Source: an uncultured bacterium
GTDB lineage: Bacteria > Zhuqueibacterota > QNDG01 > DTFT01
NCBI GenBank assembly: GCA_963736115.1
Contig: CAVTNR010000005.1
Location: 32,001 to 96,000, forward strand
Direction: 5' to 3'
DNA length: 64,000 nt
Both the position numbers and the translations under genes were made by a program. Shown here piece after piece: positions 50,680 to 60,493 of the stretch (positions are counted from its first letter, which is position 1; each line of letters begins with the position of its first letter). The notes beneath the pieces were generated by a model. It had not been told where the DNA came from, did no database searches, and saw only the letters and a program-made list of their open reading frames with translations.

Positions 50680-51429
50680 ATGCAGATCATACCCGCCATC
50701 GACCTGCTGGGCGGCCGGGTTGTCCGCCTGACGCAGGGACGCGAGGAATCGGCCGTGGTGTATTCGGACCGGCCGGAGGAAACGGCGGTCGCCCTGGAAT
50801 CCGCGGGAGCGGACTGGATCCACGTCGTGGACCTGGACGGCGCCTTCGGCCGGCCGGGCGTGAACGCCGCGGCCGTGGAGCGGATCGCCTCTTCGGTGCG
50901 GGCCTCCGTGGAGCTCGGAGGCGGCATCCGGGATCGGGATCGGATCCGGTTCTGGCTCGAACGGGGCGTCGACCGCGTGGTGCTGGGCTCCGCGGCGGTT
51001 CGCGATCCGGGCCTGGTCACGGAAGCCGTCGCGGCACACGGGCCTGACGCCGTCGTCGCAGGCATCGACGTACGGAACGGCCGGGTCTCGGTGGCCGGAT
51101 GGACCGAGGACGGCGGCCGGGATGCCCTGGATTTTGCGCGAGAGATGGAATCCTCCGGCGTGAAGCTCGCCGTGGTCACGGAAATATCAGCGGACGGCAT
51201 GCTGGCCGGAACCGACGCGCGTTCCGCGGCCCGCATCGCGGAGGGGACTGGCCTGTCGGTCATCGTATCCGGCGGCGTGGGACGGATGGAGGACATTGAA
51301 ACCGTCGACCGCCTGCGGCTCCCCGGGATCCGGGGCGTCATCGTCGGCAAGGCCTATTACGAAGGTCGGATCGACCTGGCGGAGGCGATTCGGCGGTTCG
51401 GACCGCCGCAACCCGGACGGACGTCATGA
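50680..51429 (+). CDS. hisA: ProFAR isomerase
   Basis: IIPAIDL.GG.VVRL.QG, HVVDLDGA, GGGIR, DGML.G, SGGV. Confidence 0.95.
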   Translation: MQIIPAIDLLGGRVVRLTQGREESAVVYSDRPEETAVALESAGADWIHVVDLDGAFGRPGVNAAAVERIASSVRASVELGGGIRDRDRIRFWLERGVDRVVLGSAAVRDPGLVTEAVAAHGPDAVVAGIDVRNGRVSVAGWTEDGGRDALDFAREMESSGVKLAVVTEISADGMLAGTDARSAARIAEGTGLSVIVSGGVGRMEDIETVDRLRLPGIRGVIVGKAYYEGRIDLAEAIRRFGPPQPGRTS

Positions 51430-52895
51430 AAAAACTGCTGGTGGTGGACGACGAAGTTCTGATCGCCGCCGAGCTCAAGGATCATCTCGAGCGGATGCAT
51501 TTCAACGTGGCCGGAACCGCCCACTCCGGAGAGGAAGCCGTGGAGCTGGCCGGCCGACTCAAGCCCGACCTTGTCATTCTCGACATCATGCTCGGGGAAG
51601 GCCGCATGGACGGCATCGAGGCGGCGGAAATCATCCGGGACCGGTTCGACATTTCCGTGGTCTTCATCACGGCCTACGGGAACGAGCAGATCATCGACCG
51701 GGCAAAGACCGTCGACCCGCTCGGGTTCATCTCCAAACCGTTCTTCGAGGACGAGCTCAAGGCCTGCGTGGAGCTGGCCCTGTACAAGGTCGACCGCGAC
51801 CGGACGCTGCGGGACTCGGAGGAGCGGTACCGTTCGGTCGTGGTTTCGGCGGTCGAGGCGATCATCATCGCCGACATCCGCATGCGGATCGTTTTCTGGA
51901 ACCGGGCCGCGTCCGGCATGTTCGGCCACACCGCCGAGGAAATCGAGCGGAGGCCCGTCCTGGATCTGATCTCGGAGCCCCAGCGGAAAGCCCTGGCCGT
52001 TGAAATGGACCGGATGGTGCTGACCGAGGAGAAGGACACGTCCGGTCGGACGGCCGAGACCGTCGGACTCCGCAAGGACGGAAGCGAATTCCCCATGGAG
52101 TTTTCCCTCTCCTCCTGGGTGGTCCGGGACGACATTTTCTTCACGATCAACGCCCGCGACATCACCGACCGCAAGAAGGTCGAACAGATGAAGACGGACT
52201 TCGTATCGCTGGTGTCGCATCAGCTCAAAACACCGGTGGCAGGCGTGCTCGGATGCATCGACAATCTGCTGTCCGGTATCGCGGGGCCGATCACGCCGGA
52301 GCAGCGTGAATACCTGCTCATGATGCGCGATATCAGCCTCCGCAACTACCGGAACATCAACGACCTGCTCAACGTGTCTCGCATCGAGCGGGGCGTGGTC
52401 GAAGCCAATGTCAAGCGGTGGAATCTCAAACGCATTCTGGCCCAGGTGCTGCGCGACAACCGGTCCGCGTTCCGCGAGAAGGGGCTTTGCCTGAAAATCG
52501 AAGGCGGCGGCCGGCGGTACGAGGCAATGGCCGACCGCGACAAGCTGTACGAGGCGTTCAGCAATATTCTCCACAATGCCCTGAAATTCACGGAAAAGGG
52601 CGGCATCACCGTCAACCTGCGGCCGGAGAACGGCCGGTGCCGGATCGAATTCGCGGACACCGGTCCCGGCATTCCGGCCGAACTGCAGAAACGCCTCTTC
52701 AAGCGGAACATGGTCCTGCACGGCGCGCCGGATCCGAAGCGCGGCAGCGGATTGGGGCTATTCATTGCGAAGGAATTCATGACGTTGCAGGGAGGGGATC
52801 TGAGCGCGACCTCCTCGCCCGAGCGGGGCAGCTGCTTCCGGTTCACCATACCGCTCGCGGAGGACCAACGAACGGAGACAACCGATGGAAGGTAA
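51426..52895 (+). CDS. Hybrid sensor histidine kinase (REC-PAS-HisKA-HATPase), cytoplasmic
   Basis: LVVDDE..DLVILDI REC; WNRAA..MFG..RKDGSEFP PAS; SHQLKTP H-box; NALKFT, DTGPGI, GSGLGL. Confidence 0.93.
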   Translation: MKKLLVVDDEVLIAAELKDHLERMHFNVAGTAHSGEEAVELAGRLKPDLVILDIMLGEGRMDGIEAAEIIRDRFDISVVFITAYGNEQIIDRAKTVDPLGFISKPFFEDELKACVELALYKVDRDRTLRDSEERYRSVVVSAVEAIIIADIRMRIVFWNRAASGMFGHTAEEIERRPVLDLISEPQRKALAVEMDRMVLTEEKDTSGRTAETVGLRKDGSEFPMEFSLSSWVVRDDIFFTINARDITDRKKVEQMKTDFVSLVSHQLKTPVAGVLGCIDNLLSGIAGPITPEQREYLLMMRDISLRNYRNINDLLNVSRIERGVVEANVKRWNLKRILAQVLRDNRSAFREKGLCLKIEGGGRRYEAMADRDKLYEAFSNILHNALKFTEKGGITVNLRPENGRCRIEFADTGPGIPAELQKRLFKRNMVLHGAPDPKRGSGLGLFIAKEFMTLQGGDLSATSSPERGSCFRFTIPLAEDQRTETTDGR

Positions 52896-53280
52896 AAGCC
52901 AGGGAACGATACTGCTCGTGGAGGATGAACCGGTTTTCCGTCTGATCTACCGGGGGGTCCTGCAGAACGCCGGTTACACGGTAATCGAGGCGCCGGACGG
53001 ACAGACGGGCTGGGAAATGATCCGGGAACGCAAGCCCGACCTGGTCCTGCTGGACCTCATTCTGCCCAGGATGAGCGGGCACGAAGTGCTGCACAACATC
53101 CGCTCGGACGCCTCGACCCGGGATATCCCCGTCGTGATCTTCTCCGTCATGGGCCAGGAGAAGGACGTGGAACGCTCGTTCGCGCTCGGCGCCAACGAGC
53201 ACCGGATGAAGGGCATGGAATCTCCGATGCGGATACTCAGCCTGATCCAGGAAATCCTGAACAAGAAACCGATCGCCTGA
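52885..53280 (+). CDS. Single-domain response regulator (REC)
   Basis: [37 protein letters not shown]. Confidence 0.92.
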   Translation: MEGKSQGTILLVEDEPVFRLIYRGVLQNAGYTVIEAPDGQTGWEMIRERKPDLVLLDLILPRMSGHEVLHNIRSDASTRDIPVVIFSVMGQEKDVERSFALGANEHRMKGMESPMRILSLIQEILNKKPIA

Positions 53281-53281
53281 C

Positions 53282-54037
53282 ATGCTGGCCAAACGCATTA
53301 TCCCCTGCCTCGATGTGAAGGACGGCCGCGTCGTGAAGGGCGTCCGTTTCCTCGACCTGACGGACGCAGGCGACCCCGTGGAGCAGGCGCGTTTTTACGA
53401 CCGGGAAGGCGCGGACGAGATCGTATTCCTCGACATCACCGCCTCGGCCGAAAAGCGGGACATTCTGCTCGACGTGGTCCGCCGCACGGCCGAAGTCGTG
53501 TTTACGCCCCTCACGGTGGGCGGCGGCGTCCGGACCGAGGAGGATGCCCGGGTTCTGCTCGAGGGGGGGGCCGATAAGGTCAGCATCAACACCGCGGCCG
53601 TCCGGGACCCGGACCTGATCACCCGCTGCGCGTCCCGTTTCGGCAGTCAGGCGGTCGTGGTCGCCGTCGACGCTAAGCGCCGGGACGGCGCCTGGAAGGT
53701 TTTCGTCCGGGGCGGCCGCGACGAGACGGCCCTGGACGCCGTGGCATGGGCGGTCGAAGCCGAACGGCTGGGCGCGGGCGAAATCCTGCTGACCAGCATG
53801 GACCGGGACGGAACACGCGACGGCTACGACCTCGGGCTCACACGGGCCGTGTCGCGCGCCGTGGGCGTGCCGGTCATCGCCTCCGGCGGGTGCGGATCTC
53901 TCGAGCACATCCGCCTGGCGTTCAGCGAGGGCGAGGCGGACGCGGCCCTCGCCGCCTCGATCTTTCATTTCCGTGAAAAATCCATTCTCGAATGCAAACG
54001 CTATCTGAAGGAGAAAAACATCCATGTCCGATGCTGA
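53282..54037 (+). CDS. hisF: Imidazole glycerol phosphate synthase, cyclase subunit
   Basis: [50 protein letters not shown]. Confidence 0.97.
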   Translation: MLAKRIIPCLDVKDGRVVKGVRFLDLTDAGDPVEQARFYDREGADEIVFLDITASAEKRDILLDVVRRTAEVVFTPLTVGGGVRTEEDARVLLEGGADKVSINTAAVRDPDLITRCASRFGSQAVVVAVDAKRRDGAWKVFVRGGRDETALDAVAWAVEAERLGAGEILLTSMDRDGTRDGYDLGLTRAVSRAVGVPVIASGGCGSLEHIRLAFSEGEADAALAASIFHFREKSILECKRYLKEKNIHVRC

Positions 54038-54437
54038 ACTGAAAATGGACGAAGCGCTTCTGAAAGAGGTCAAGTTCGACGGTCAGGGGCTCGTGCCGGC
54101 CATCGCCCAGCACTACCGAACCGGGGAAATCCTCATGCAGGCCTACATGAACGAGGAGAGCCTGCGCCGCACCATCGAGACCGGAAACGCCACCTACTGG
54201 AGCCGGTCCCGGTCCAAGCTGTGGATGAAGGGCGAGACCTCCGGCAATATCCAGCGGGTGATCGGCATTCTCATCGACTGCGACGCGGATTCCCTGCTCC
54301 TCCTGGTCGACCAGACCGGTCCGGCCTGCCATACCGGACAGGAATCGTGCTTCTACCGGACGCTCGCCAAACGCGACATGACGGCAGTGCCCGAAGAAGG
54401 GCATTCCTGCTCAGGCTGCGGGGGATGCTGCGGGTAA
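54024..54437 (+). CDS. hisI: Phosphoribosyl-AMP cyclohydrolase (monofunctional)
   Basis: [37 protein letters not shown]; Cys-rich tail. Confidence 0.95.
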   Translation: MSDAELKMDEALLKEVKFDGQGLVPAIAQHYRTGEILMQAYMNEESLRRTIETGNATYWSRSRSKLWMKGETSGNIQRVIGILIDCDADSLLLLVDQTGPACHTGQESCFYRTLAKRDMTAVPEEGHSCSGCGGCCG

Positions 54438-54459
54438 GTTTCCTTTGATCCCGGGATTT

Positions 54460-54498
54460 AAAAAGGTCCGAATCCTTGCGCTGGATTCGGACCTTTTT
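54460..54498. terminator. Bidirectional terminator at the end of the his operon
   Basis: AAAAAGGTCCGAATCC-loop-GGATTCGGACCTTTTT. Confidence 0.85.
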
Positions 54499-54501
54499 CA
54501 A

Positions 54502-54620
54502 GTTCATTGTTCATAGTTCATGGTTCATAGTTGAAAAAGACAACTTTGAATGAATATCGTTGTTTCTTTAACTATGAACTATGAACCATGAACTATGAAC
54601 AAAAGAATATAAGCTATGAA
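54502..54620. repeat. Inverted GTTCATN heptamer arrays
   Basis: gttcattgttcatagttcatggttcatag ... ctatgaactatgaaccatgaactatgaac. Confidence 0.85.
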
Positions 54621-55342
54621 CCTTTCTTTGCTATTAAAACCCTGAACCTCGACCCCTTCGCCACCGGCCGGACGCGGATGCCGGTGAATCCCGCCTTCCG
54701 GCACAGGGCGGCCCATTCGCGGAACGACACGCAGTATTCCCCGTCGCTGAACACGTGCTTCTTGCCGTTGTCGTACATGCGCCTGAAACCGTCGGGACCC
54801 GCGTCGGCCATGGCGGCCATCCACTCCTCCCGAAGGAAATCCAGGATGCGACCGAGACGCTTCAGGTCAGCCGGATCGCCGGTGGTGTCGAGATCCACGT
54901 CGCCGATCACGAACCGGCCGCCGGGTTTCAGATGAGACCGGATGGAGCGGATCATGGGGAGCTTGTTCTTCACGTGATGGAGCGTCACCGTGGAGGCGAT
55001 CACATCGAATGGGCCCAAATGCGGATCCAGGCGGGCCGCGTCCCCGTTCCGGACCTCCACCCGCTTTTCGAGGCTCTTCCCCCTGATTTTCCGCCTGAAG
55101 CACGCAAGCATTTCAGCCGATTTGTCGATGCCGACCACCGTACAGTTCGCGGCTTCGAGAAGGCGCAGGCTCAGCAGGCCGGTGCCGCACCCGATGTCCA
55201 GCACCCGGTCGCCGTCCTTGACGCCGGAACCGGCCGTCACGAGGTCCAGCATTTTCAGGTGCCGCCGCATTCTCCCCAGCGTGGCGTCGTATTCGTTGGA
55301 CCAGTCCTGGAACCATTCTTTTCTTTTCCCCTGCTTTATCAA
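54614..55342 (-). CDS. Class I SAM-dependent methyltransferase (probable TTG start)
   Basis: VLDIGCGTG, GIDKSAEML, FDVIAS..TLHH, LKPGG. Confidence 0.88.
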   Translation of the reverse strand: MIKQGKRKEWFQDWSNEYDATLGRMRRHLKMLDLVTAGSGVKDGDRVLDIGCGTGLLSLRLLEAANCTVVGIDKSAEMLACFRRKIRGKSLEKRVEVRNGDAARLDPHLGPFDVIASTVTLHHVKNKLPMIRSIRSHLKPGGRFVIGDVDLDTTGDPADLKRLGRILDFLREEWMAAMADAGPDGFRRMYDNGKKHVFSDGEYCVSFREWAALCRKAGFTGIRVRPVAKGSRFRVLIAKKGS

Positions 55343-55380
55343 ATGACTTCTTCCTTTCGGATTCACGCGCAAGCTGTTCC

Positions 55381-55486
55381 GTTCGAGTTCATGGTTCATA
55401 GTTCATGGTTCATAGTCAAAGAAGCAACATTCCAAATTGCACGCCAACTTTTTCAACTATGAACGATGAACCATGAACTATGAACT
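55381..55486. repeat. Inverted GTTCATN heptamer arrays
   Basis: gttcatggttcatagttcatggttcatag ... ctatgaacgatgaaccatgaactatgaac. Confidence 0.85.
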
Positions 55487-55489
55487 GTT

Positions 55490-56791
55490 TCAGGCCAGCA
55501 GCGTTTTCAGATCCTCGATTCTGTTCGCCGCGGGCACGCGCTTGGGGCAGGCGGCGGAGCAGGCGCCGCAGGCGCGGCACGCGGCAAGTCCCGCGCCCGG
55601 CGGGATCGCGTCGAGCGTACGGCGCGCCTGTCCGAAATTCGCGTAGCAGGAAACGTACAGGTGCGTCCGCATGAGCGCGGGCACGTCCACGCCCGCCGGA
55701 CAGGCCGCGGAACAGGCGCCGCACTGCACGCATGCGCCCAGCGACAATCGGACGTTCCGGTCCTGCAGGAACTTCCGCTCCTCGGCCGTGTAATCCAGGT
55801 CACGGGCCGCGGCCAGATCCTCATCGAGCTGCTGGAACGTGGAAACGCCGGGAACCGCGGTCGCGATAAATGGATGCCGCAGCACCCATTTCAGCACGGC
55901 CCGGTGCATCATTTTGCCTTCGTAGTACTTCCGGCGGCTTTCAGGCTCCATGCCCTGGTACCAGTACTGCGCGCACTGCGTCTTCATCGCGACGAGTCCG
56001 ATGCCTTTGGCGGCCGCGTTCCGGAGAACGGCGTCCAGGACGACGTCGTCGGACATCGCGTAATTATAGGACGTGAGGATCACGTCATAGAAGCCGTCCG
56101 TCGCGGCCGCGTCGATGCAGGCCGCCATGTTGGAGTGCGTGGAAAATCCCGCGAATCGGATTTTACCCTTTTCCTTCAACGAACGGAGGCCCTCCATCAG
56201 TCCGTCGTTCCGGACGTCTTCGACTGTACTGACATCATGCACATACACGATATCCACATAATGCGAGCGGAGACGGTTCAGGCTTTCCTCAACCCGGCGG
56301 ATCATGGCGTCCCGGCCGGCGTTCCCGGACAGGTTGTTCCGCATGAACGGCACCAGTTCCTTGGTGGCGATGACCACCTGTTCTCTCATTTTCATGTCCG
56401 CGACAACGCGGCCGATCATGGTTTCATTCGCCCCGTTGCCGTACGCGAAAGCGGTGTCCAGGTGCCGGACGCCGCTTTCCAGCGCGCGGCGGACCAGGTC
56501 CGGATTGGAGGAGTTCATCACGCCCATGCTGAACACGGGAAGCGTGACCCCGGTTTTGCCCAGCTTGCGCGTGACCAGGCTTCCAGCGGCGTTCGCGGCC
56601 GCGGGCCCGCCTGCATTCCGGGGCACATCGGTTTGAAGCGGCGGAACGGAGAGCCCGCCTGCCGCGTTCTGCGGCCGGCCGGCGAGGCCCGCCAGACCGA
56701 GACCGGCGAGTCCGGCAGCGGCGCGGGCGAAAAATCCCCGTCTGTCCATCGGGTTCTCCTCCGCTTTCCGCTCCTCACTGCGCCGCTTCAT
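55490..56791 (-). CDS. TAT-exported aldo/keto reductase with C-terminal 4Fe-4S dicluster domain
   Basis: DRRGFF TAT motif, RKLGKTG, LDTAFAYG, IATK, GFSTH, AMKT, CVQCGAC..ACP and CRACGAC..ACP. Confidence 0.9.
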   Translation of the reverse strand: MKRRSEERKAEENPMDRRGFFARAAAGLAGLGLAGLAGRPQNAAGGLSVPPLQTDVPRNAGGPAAANAAGSLVTRKLGKTGVTLPVFSMGVMNSSNPDLVRRALESGVRHLDTAFAYGNGANETMIGRVVADMKMREQVVIATKELVPFMRNNLSGNAGRDAMIRRVEESLNRLRSHYVDIVYVHDVSTVEDVRNDGLMEGLRSLKEKGKIRFAGFSTHSNMAACIDAAATDGFYDVILTSYNYAMSDDVVLDAVLRNAAAKGIGLVAMKTQCAQYWYQGMEPESRRKYYEGKMMHRAVLKWVLRHPFIATAVPGVSTFQQLDEDLAAARDLDYTAEERKFLQDRNVRLSLGACVQCGACSAACPAGVDVPALMRTHLYVSCYANFGQARRTLDAIPPGAGLAACRACGACSAACPKRVPAANRIEDLKTLLA

Positions 56792-57018
56792 TTGATTTTC
56801 TCGGGTTTACAGAGATGATCGGGGCTCACCGCGGTCCTGCCACAGCTGTTGCAGATGTACGTCAATTCCCGGACCTTGCCGTTGCACAGGTGGCGCTGGT
56901 CGGGAATCAGGGATCCGCACCAGTCGCAGGTCTCGTCGCTATGCGAAACCGGCACGCAAAGATGGCCATGTGCGCCAGCGGGTTTGTGACAGGTCGGGCA
57001 GAGATCGTCTTTCGCCAT
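56788..57018 (-). CDS. Small protein with three CxxC...HLC repeats
   Basis: GGAGG RBS; CPTC..HLC, CDWC..HLC, CNSC..HLC; ATGA overlap with the AKR gene. Confidence 0.8.
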   Translation of the reverse strand: MAKDDLCPTCHKPAGAHGHLCVPVSHSDETCDWCGSLIPDQRHLCNGKVRELTYICNSCGRTAVSPDHLCKPEKIK

Positions 57019-57199
57019 AATCGCCTCCTAGCAATAAGGGATGATCCGGATTCGGGAAAGCCGGCAGGCCGATGTTCCGCGCAGTCCGGGACCCTAATGT
57101 ACAAAATCCGCGAGTCAAAAACCGTAAAAAAATGTTGCTTTAACGGCCGTTTTTGTATACTTTTAACCCAGCATTAGCGAAACCAACTAGGAGCGACCC

Positions 57200-57922
57200 A
57201 TGAAAAAGTGGACTCTGTTATTCCTGGCATTCACAGTCACGGCCGCGGCCCAGCCGCAGTTCCAGGCGGGCGGCTGTTTCTCCCTGGCTTATCCGCAGAA
57301 TAATTTCAAGGAGAATGTTGACAATATCGGCATCGGCGGTACAGGCCACTTCGCCTACCGCATGGGGCGATCCCCGTTTCTGGTCGGCTTCGCCGCCGGA
57401 TTCTGGATCTACGGAAGCGAGACGTATGAAACGCCGCTCACTCCCGGCGTTCCGGTCTGGGTGGACGTCACGACGACCAATTCCATCATGGCCTTCGACC
57501 TCTTCCTCCGCGTCCAGCCCCAGTCGGGCCCGGTGAGACCTTACGTGGACATCCTCGGCGGCTTCAACCTGCTGAGCACGTCCACGAGCATCGAGGACCA
57601 AGGGTGGGACGATGACGACGACATTGCCAGCTCGAACAATTTCAACGACGCGGCCTGGGGATGGGGATTCGGCGGCGGACTGATGGTCCGCGTGTATGAC
57701 GGGGTCTCCCGGGGCCGGCAGGACGGCCTGGACGCGGTCTATGTGGATCTCGGCATCCGCTCCCTGCGCGGAGGCGAGGCGGAATACCTGAAAGAAGGAT
57801 CCATCGAGGCGCTGGAAAACGGAAAGTTCAAATACGACGTCCGCCGGTCCGAAACCGACATGGTGACCTGGCATCTCGGCGTCAATTTCGACTTCACCAT
57901 ACACGGATCCTCCGGCCGATGA
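57200..57922 (+). CDS. Outer-membrane beta-barrel protein
   Basis: AGGAG RBS, signal peptide MKKWTLLFLAFTVTAAA, RPYVDILGG, WGFGGGL, WHLGVNFDF. Confidence 0.75.
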   Translation: MKKWTLLFLAFTVTAAAQPQFQAGGCFSLAYPQNNFKENVDNIGIGGTGHFAYRMGRSPFLVGFAAGFWIYGSETYETPLTPGVPVWVDVTTTNSIMAFDLFLRVQPQSGPVRPYVDILGGFNLLSTSTSIEDQGWDDDDDIASSNNFNDAAWGWGFGGGLMVRVYDGVSRGRQDGLDAVYVDLGIRSLRGGEAEYLKEGSIEALENGKFKYDVRRSETDMVTWHLGVNFDFTIHGSSGR

Positions 57923-58061
57923 CGCCGTCCGGGAACACGGTTGTTGCAGTCACAGGCTGGTCTTCTGTTGAGCGGCGGACCCATCGCGCCCGGACACCGG
58001 ATGCCCGTCACCGGGTCCCGGCCGGGTATTCGCAGGCCCTATCGCGCCGGGGGACGAAGTC

Positions 58062-59072
58062 TTGAATTCCCTGGACCGCATGCGCGCCGTTCTCACGGGA
58101 AAATTGCCGGACCGGACGCCCAATTTCAACATCTGTACGTCATTCGCCGCCCGTTTCATCGGCGAACCGCTTTCCGCGTATTACTCGGATTTCCGCGTGC
58201 TCTGCGAGGCCGGTCTCGCGATGCTCGACGAATTCGGAACGGACAGCGTTCAGACCGCGTCCGATCCGTTTCGGGAAGCCTTCGACTACGGGGCTGAAAT
58301 CGAATTTCCCGAAGACGGTCCGCCGGTGTGCAAACGGCCGCTGATCGACGATCCTTCCGATATCCAGCATTTGCGGCGGATGTCCACAGCCTCGGGCCGG
58401 CGCGGCTCGGACCGGCTCGAAGCAATCCGGTTCTTCCGCGAATCCGTTGGAGGCGAAGTTCCAGTGACGGGATGGGTGGAAGGGGTTCTGTCGGTAGCCG
58501 GCATTTTGAGAGGAGCGGACCGGATGCTGGCCGATCTGACTGAAAGGCCGGATTGGGCCGCCGGATTTCTGGATTTCCTCGCGCGCGGACAGGCCGCTTT
58601 CGCTAGGGCCCAGGTGGAGGCCGGTGCCGATCTCGTCTGCGTCGGAGACGGCCTGTCGTCCCGGATTCCGCCTGATCTGTACCGCCGCTTCGTACTGCCG
58701 GGGGAAAGCCGCATTTTCAACGCAGTGCACGAAGCCGGCGGATTGGGCCGACTGCATGTCTGCGGAGACACCACCGCCCTATTGAAAGATCTGCGGGCTT
58801 CCGGAGCCGATATTCTCGACCTGGACGCTCCCGTGTCCCTCCGGGAAGCGCGCCGGACTCTCGGGCCGGCCGCTGTTTTATGCGGCAGCATCGACACCGG
58901 TTCCGTCATGCTCAAGGGCAAGCCCGCGGATGTGCGTCAATCCGTGGAGGAGAATCTGAAGAACGGAGGCCGGGCTTTCATCAGCGCGGCCGGACGTGAA
59001 ATACCCGAAGCCACTCCGCACGCGAATCTCCGGGCACAGGCCGAAACCCTCGGGTGGAAACCGGGAGAATGA
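58062..59072 (+). CDS. Uroporphyrinogen decarboxylase superfamily protein (MtaA/CmuA-like)
   Basis: SDPFREA.DYGA, GWVEG, AQVEAGAD, LHVCGDT. Confidence 0.85.
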   Translation: MNSLDRMRAVLTGKLPDRTPNFNICTSFAARFIGEPLSAYYSDFRVLCEAGLAMLDEFGTDSVQTASDPFREAFDYGAEIEFPEDGPPVCKRPLIDDPSDIQHLRRMSTASGRRGSDRLEAIRFFRESVGGEVPVTGWVEGVLSVAGILRGADRMLADLTERPDWAAGFLDFLARGQAAFARAQVEAGADLVCVGDGLSSRIPPDLYRRFVLPGESRIFNAVHEAGGLGRLHVCGDTTALLKDLRASGADILDLDAPVSLREARRTLGPAAVLCGSIDTGSVMLKGKPADVRQSVEENLKNGGRAFISAAGREIPEATPHANLRAQAETLGWKPGE

Positions 59073-59165
59073 TGCGCTCCCGGTTCCCGTGTCACTTACG
59101 CTCCTGGAGGTTTGGAACCTCCCGGAGCGTTTCCTTTCACGGAACCGGACTCCAGGGGTTGAAGG

Positions 59166-60030
59166 ATGGCTAACCTTCGCATCGGCACATGCTCGTGGAA
59201 ATACGATTCCTGGAAAGGACTCGTCTATTCCGGAAAGGCCGGCGGAGACGCCCTCTCCGAATACAGCCGGCTTTTCAACACCGTCGAGATCGACCAGTGG
59301 TTCTGGTCCCTGCACGACGCGGAGAGGATCACGCTGCCGGACCCGGCCGTGGTCCGATCATACGCCGATGCGGTTCCCGGCGACTTCCGCTTCACCGTCA
59401 AGGCGCCGAACAGCGTCACACTCACCCATTTCCACAAAAAATCGAAATCGGATCCCCTCGTTCCGAACTCCCGTTTTCTCTCCATCCCCCTGCTCGAAGC
59501 GTTTCTGGAGCGTCTGGATCCCATGAAAAGCCGTCTCGGCCCGATTCTCTTCCAGTTTGAATATCTCAACCGCCAGAAAATGACCGTCCCAGGCCGTGTT
59601 TCTCGAGGCCTTCGGCGCCTTCATCCGGAAATGTCCGGACGGTTACGCGTACGGCCTGGAAATCCGAAATCCGAATTACCTGAACGACAGCCTGTTTGCT
59701 TTCATGGAGAAAGAGGGGATCATCCCGGTCCTCCTGGAGGGATATTACATGCCTCCGGTCCGGCAGATCGTGGAAGCCCAATCGCCCCACATCCGAAAAT
59801 CCGTGGTGTTGAGACTGCACGGTCCGGACCGGGAAGGGATGGAGGAAAGATCAGGGAAGAAATGGGACCGCATCGTTGTGCCGAGGGATGCGGAACTGAA
59901 GGAAATATCGAAGCTCGTGGATGGATTTCTGAATCGGGGCGTTTCCGTTTACGTGAATGTGAACAACCACTACGAGGGCTGCGCGCCGCTGACCATCGAA
60001 AAATTGAGACACCTTTTCAAAAGCGGATAA
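59166..60030 (+). CDS. DUF72 family protein; frameshift at ~59583
   Basis: RIGTCSWKY..W, NTVEID, FRFTVKAP, LFQF; second frame EIRN, RLHG, YVNVNNHYEG.AP. Confidence 0.85.
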
Positions 60031-60144
60031 TCCCGGGTGTCCGTCTTTCCCTGCAAAAAAAAGTAATCCCCGAAAGACGGTTCCCTTCTGCCTGCTCCTT
60101 TAAACGATGCCCCGGGGCGATCACTTTCAAGTCTGCGGGCGCAC

Positions 60145-60474
60145 TCAGTCCACGATGAAAAGCCGCGCGCCGGATTCCGTATGGGACCGGTGGGCTTCCG
60201 CGCCGTCCGCGACCTGGTAGCTCATGCCCGGTTTCAGCACCGCTTCGGCTCCGCCCTCCAGTTCCACGGTCAGTTCACCCTCGAGGCAGAGCAGAATATG
60301 GCCCTTCGAACACCAGTGGTCGGCCTTGTATCCGGGCGAGTAGTCGACCATCCGGACCCGGATGTCTCCGAAATTCCGGGTTCGCCAGGTCGCCTGCCCC
60401 TTTTCGCCCGGATGGAGGCTTTTTTCCACTATCTCCCAGTCGGTTGTCTGGAAGGGGATATCGGTTAATCTCAA
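60145..60474 (-). CDS. DHCW-motif cupin fold protein
   Basis: IPFQTTDW, HPGEKG.A.WRT, RVRMVDYSPGYKADHWCSKGH, ARLFIVD. Confidence 0.9.
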   Translation of the reverse strand: MRLTDIPFQTTDWEIVEKSLHPGEKGQATWRTRNFGDIRVRMVDYSPGYKADHWCSKGHILLCLEGELTVELEGGAEAVLKPGMSYQVADGAEAHRSHTESGARLFIVD

Positions 60475-60493
60475 GAAGCACTCCCCGCGCCGG

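Noticed and set aside
31785-55486. Heptamer arrays or ATTGAAG-ending cassettes as CRISPR
   Set aside because: No series of ~30-37 bp direct repeats with unique spacers, and no cas genes in the window
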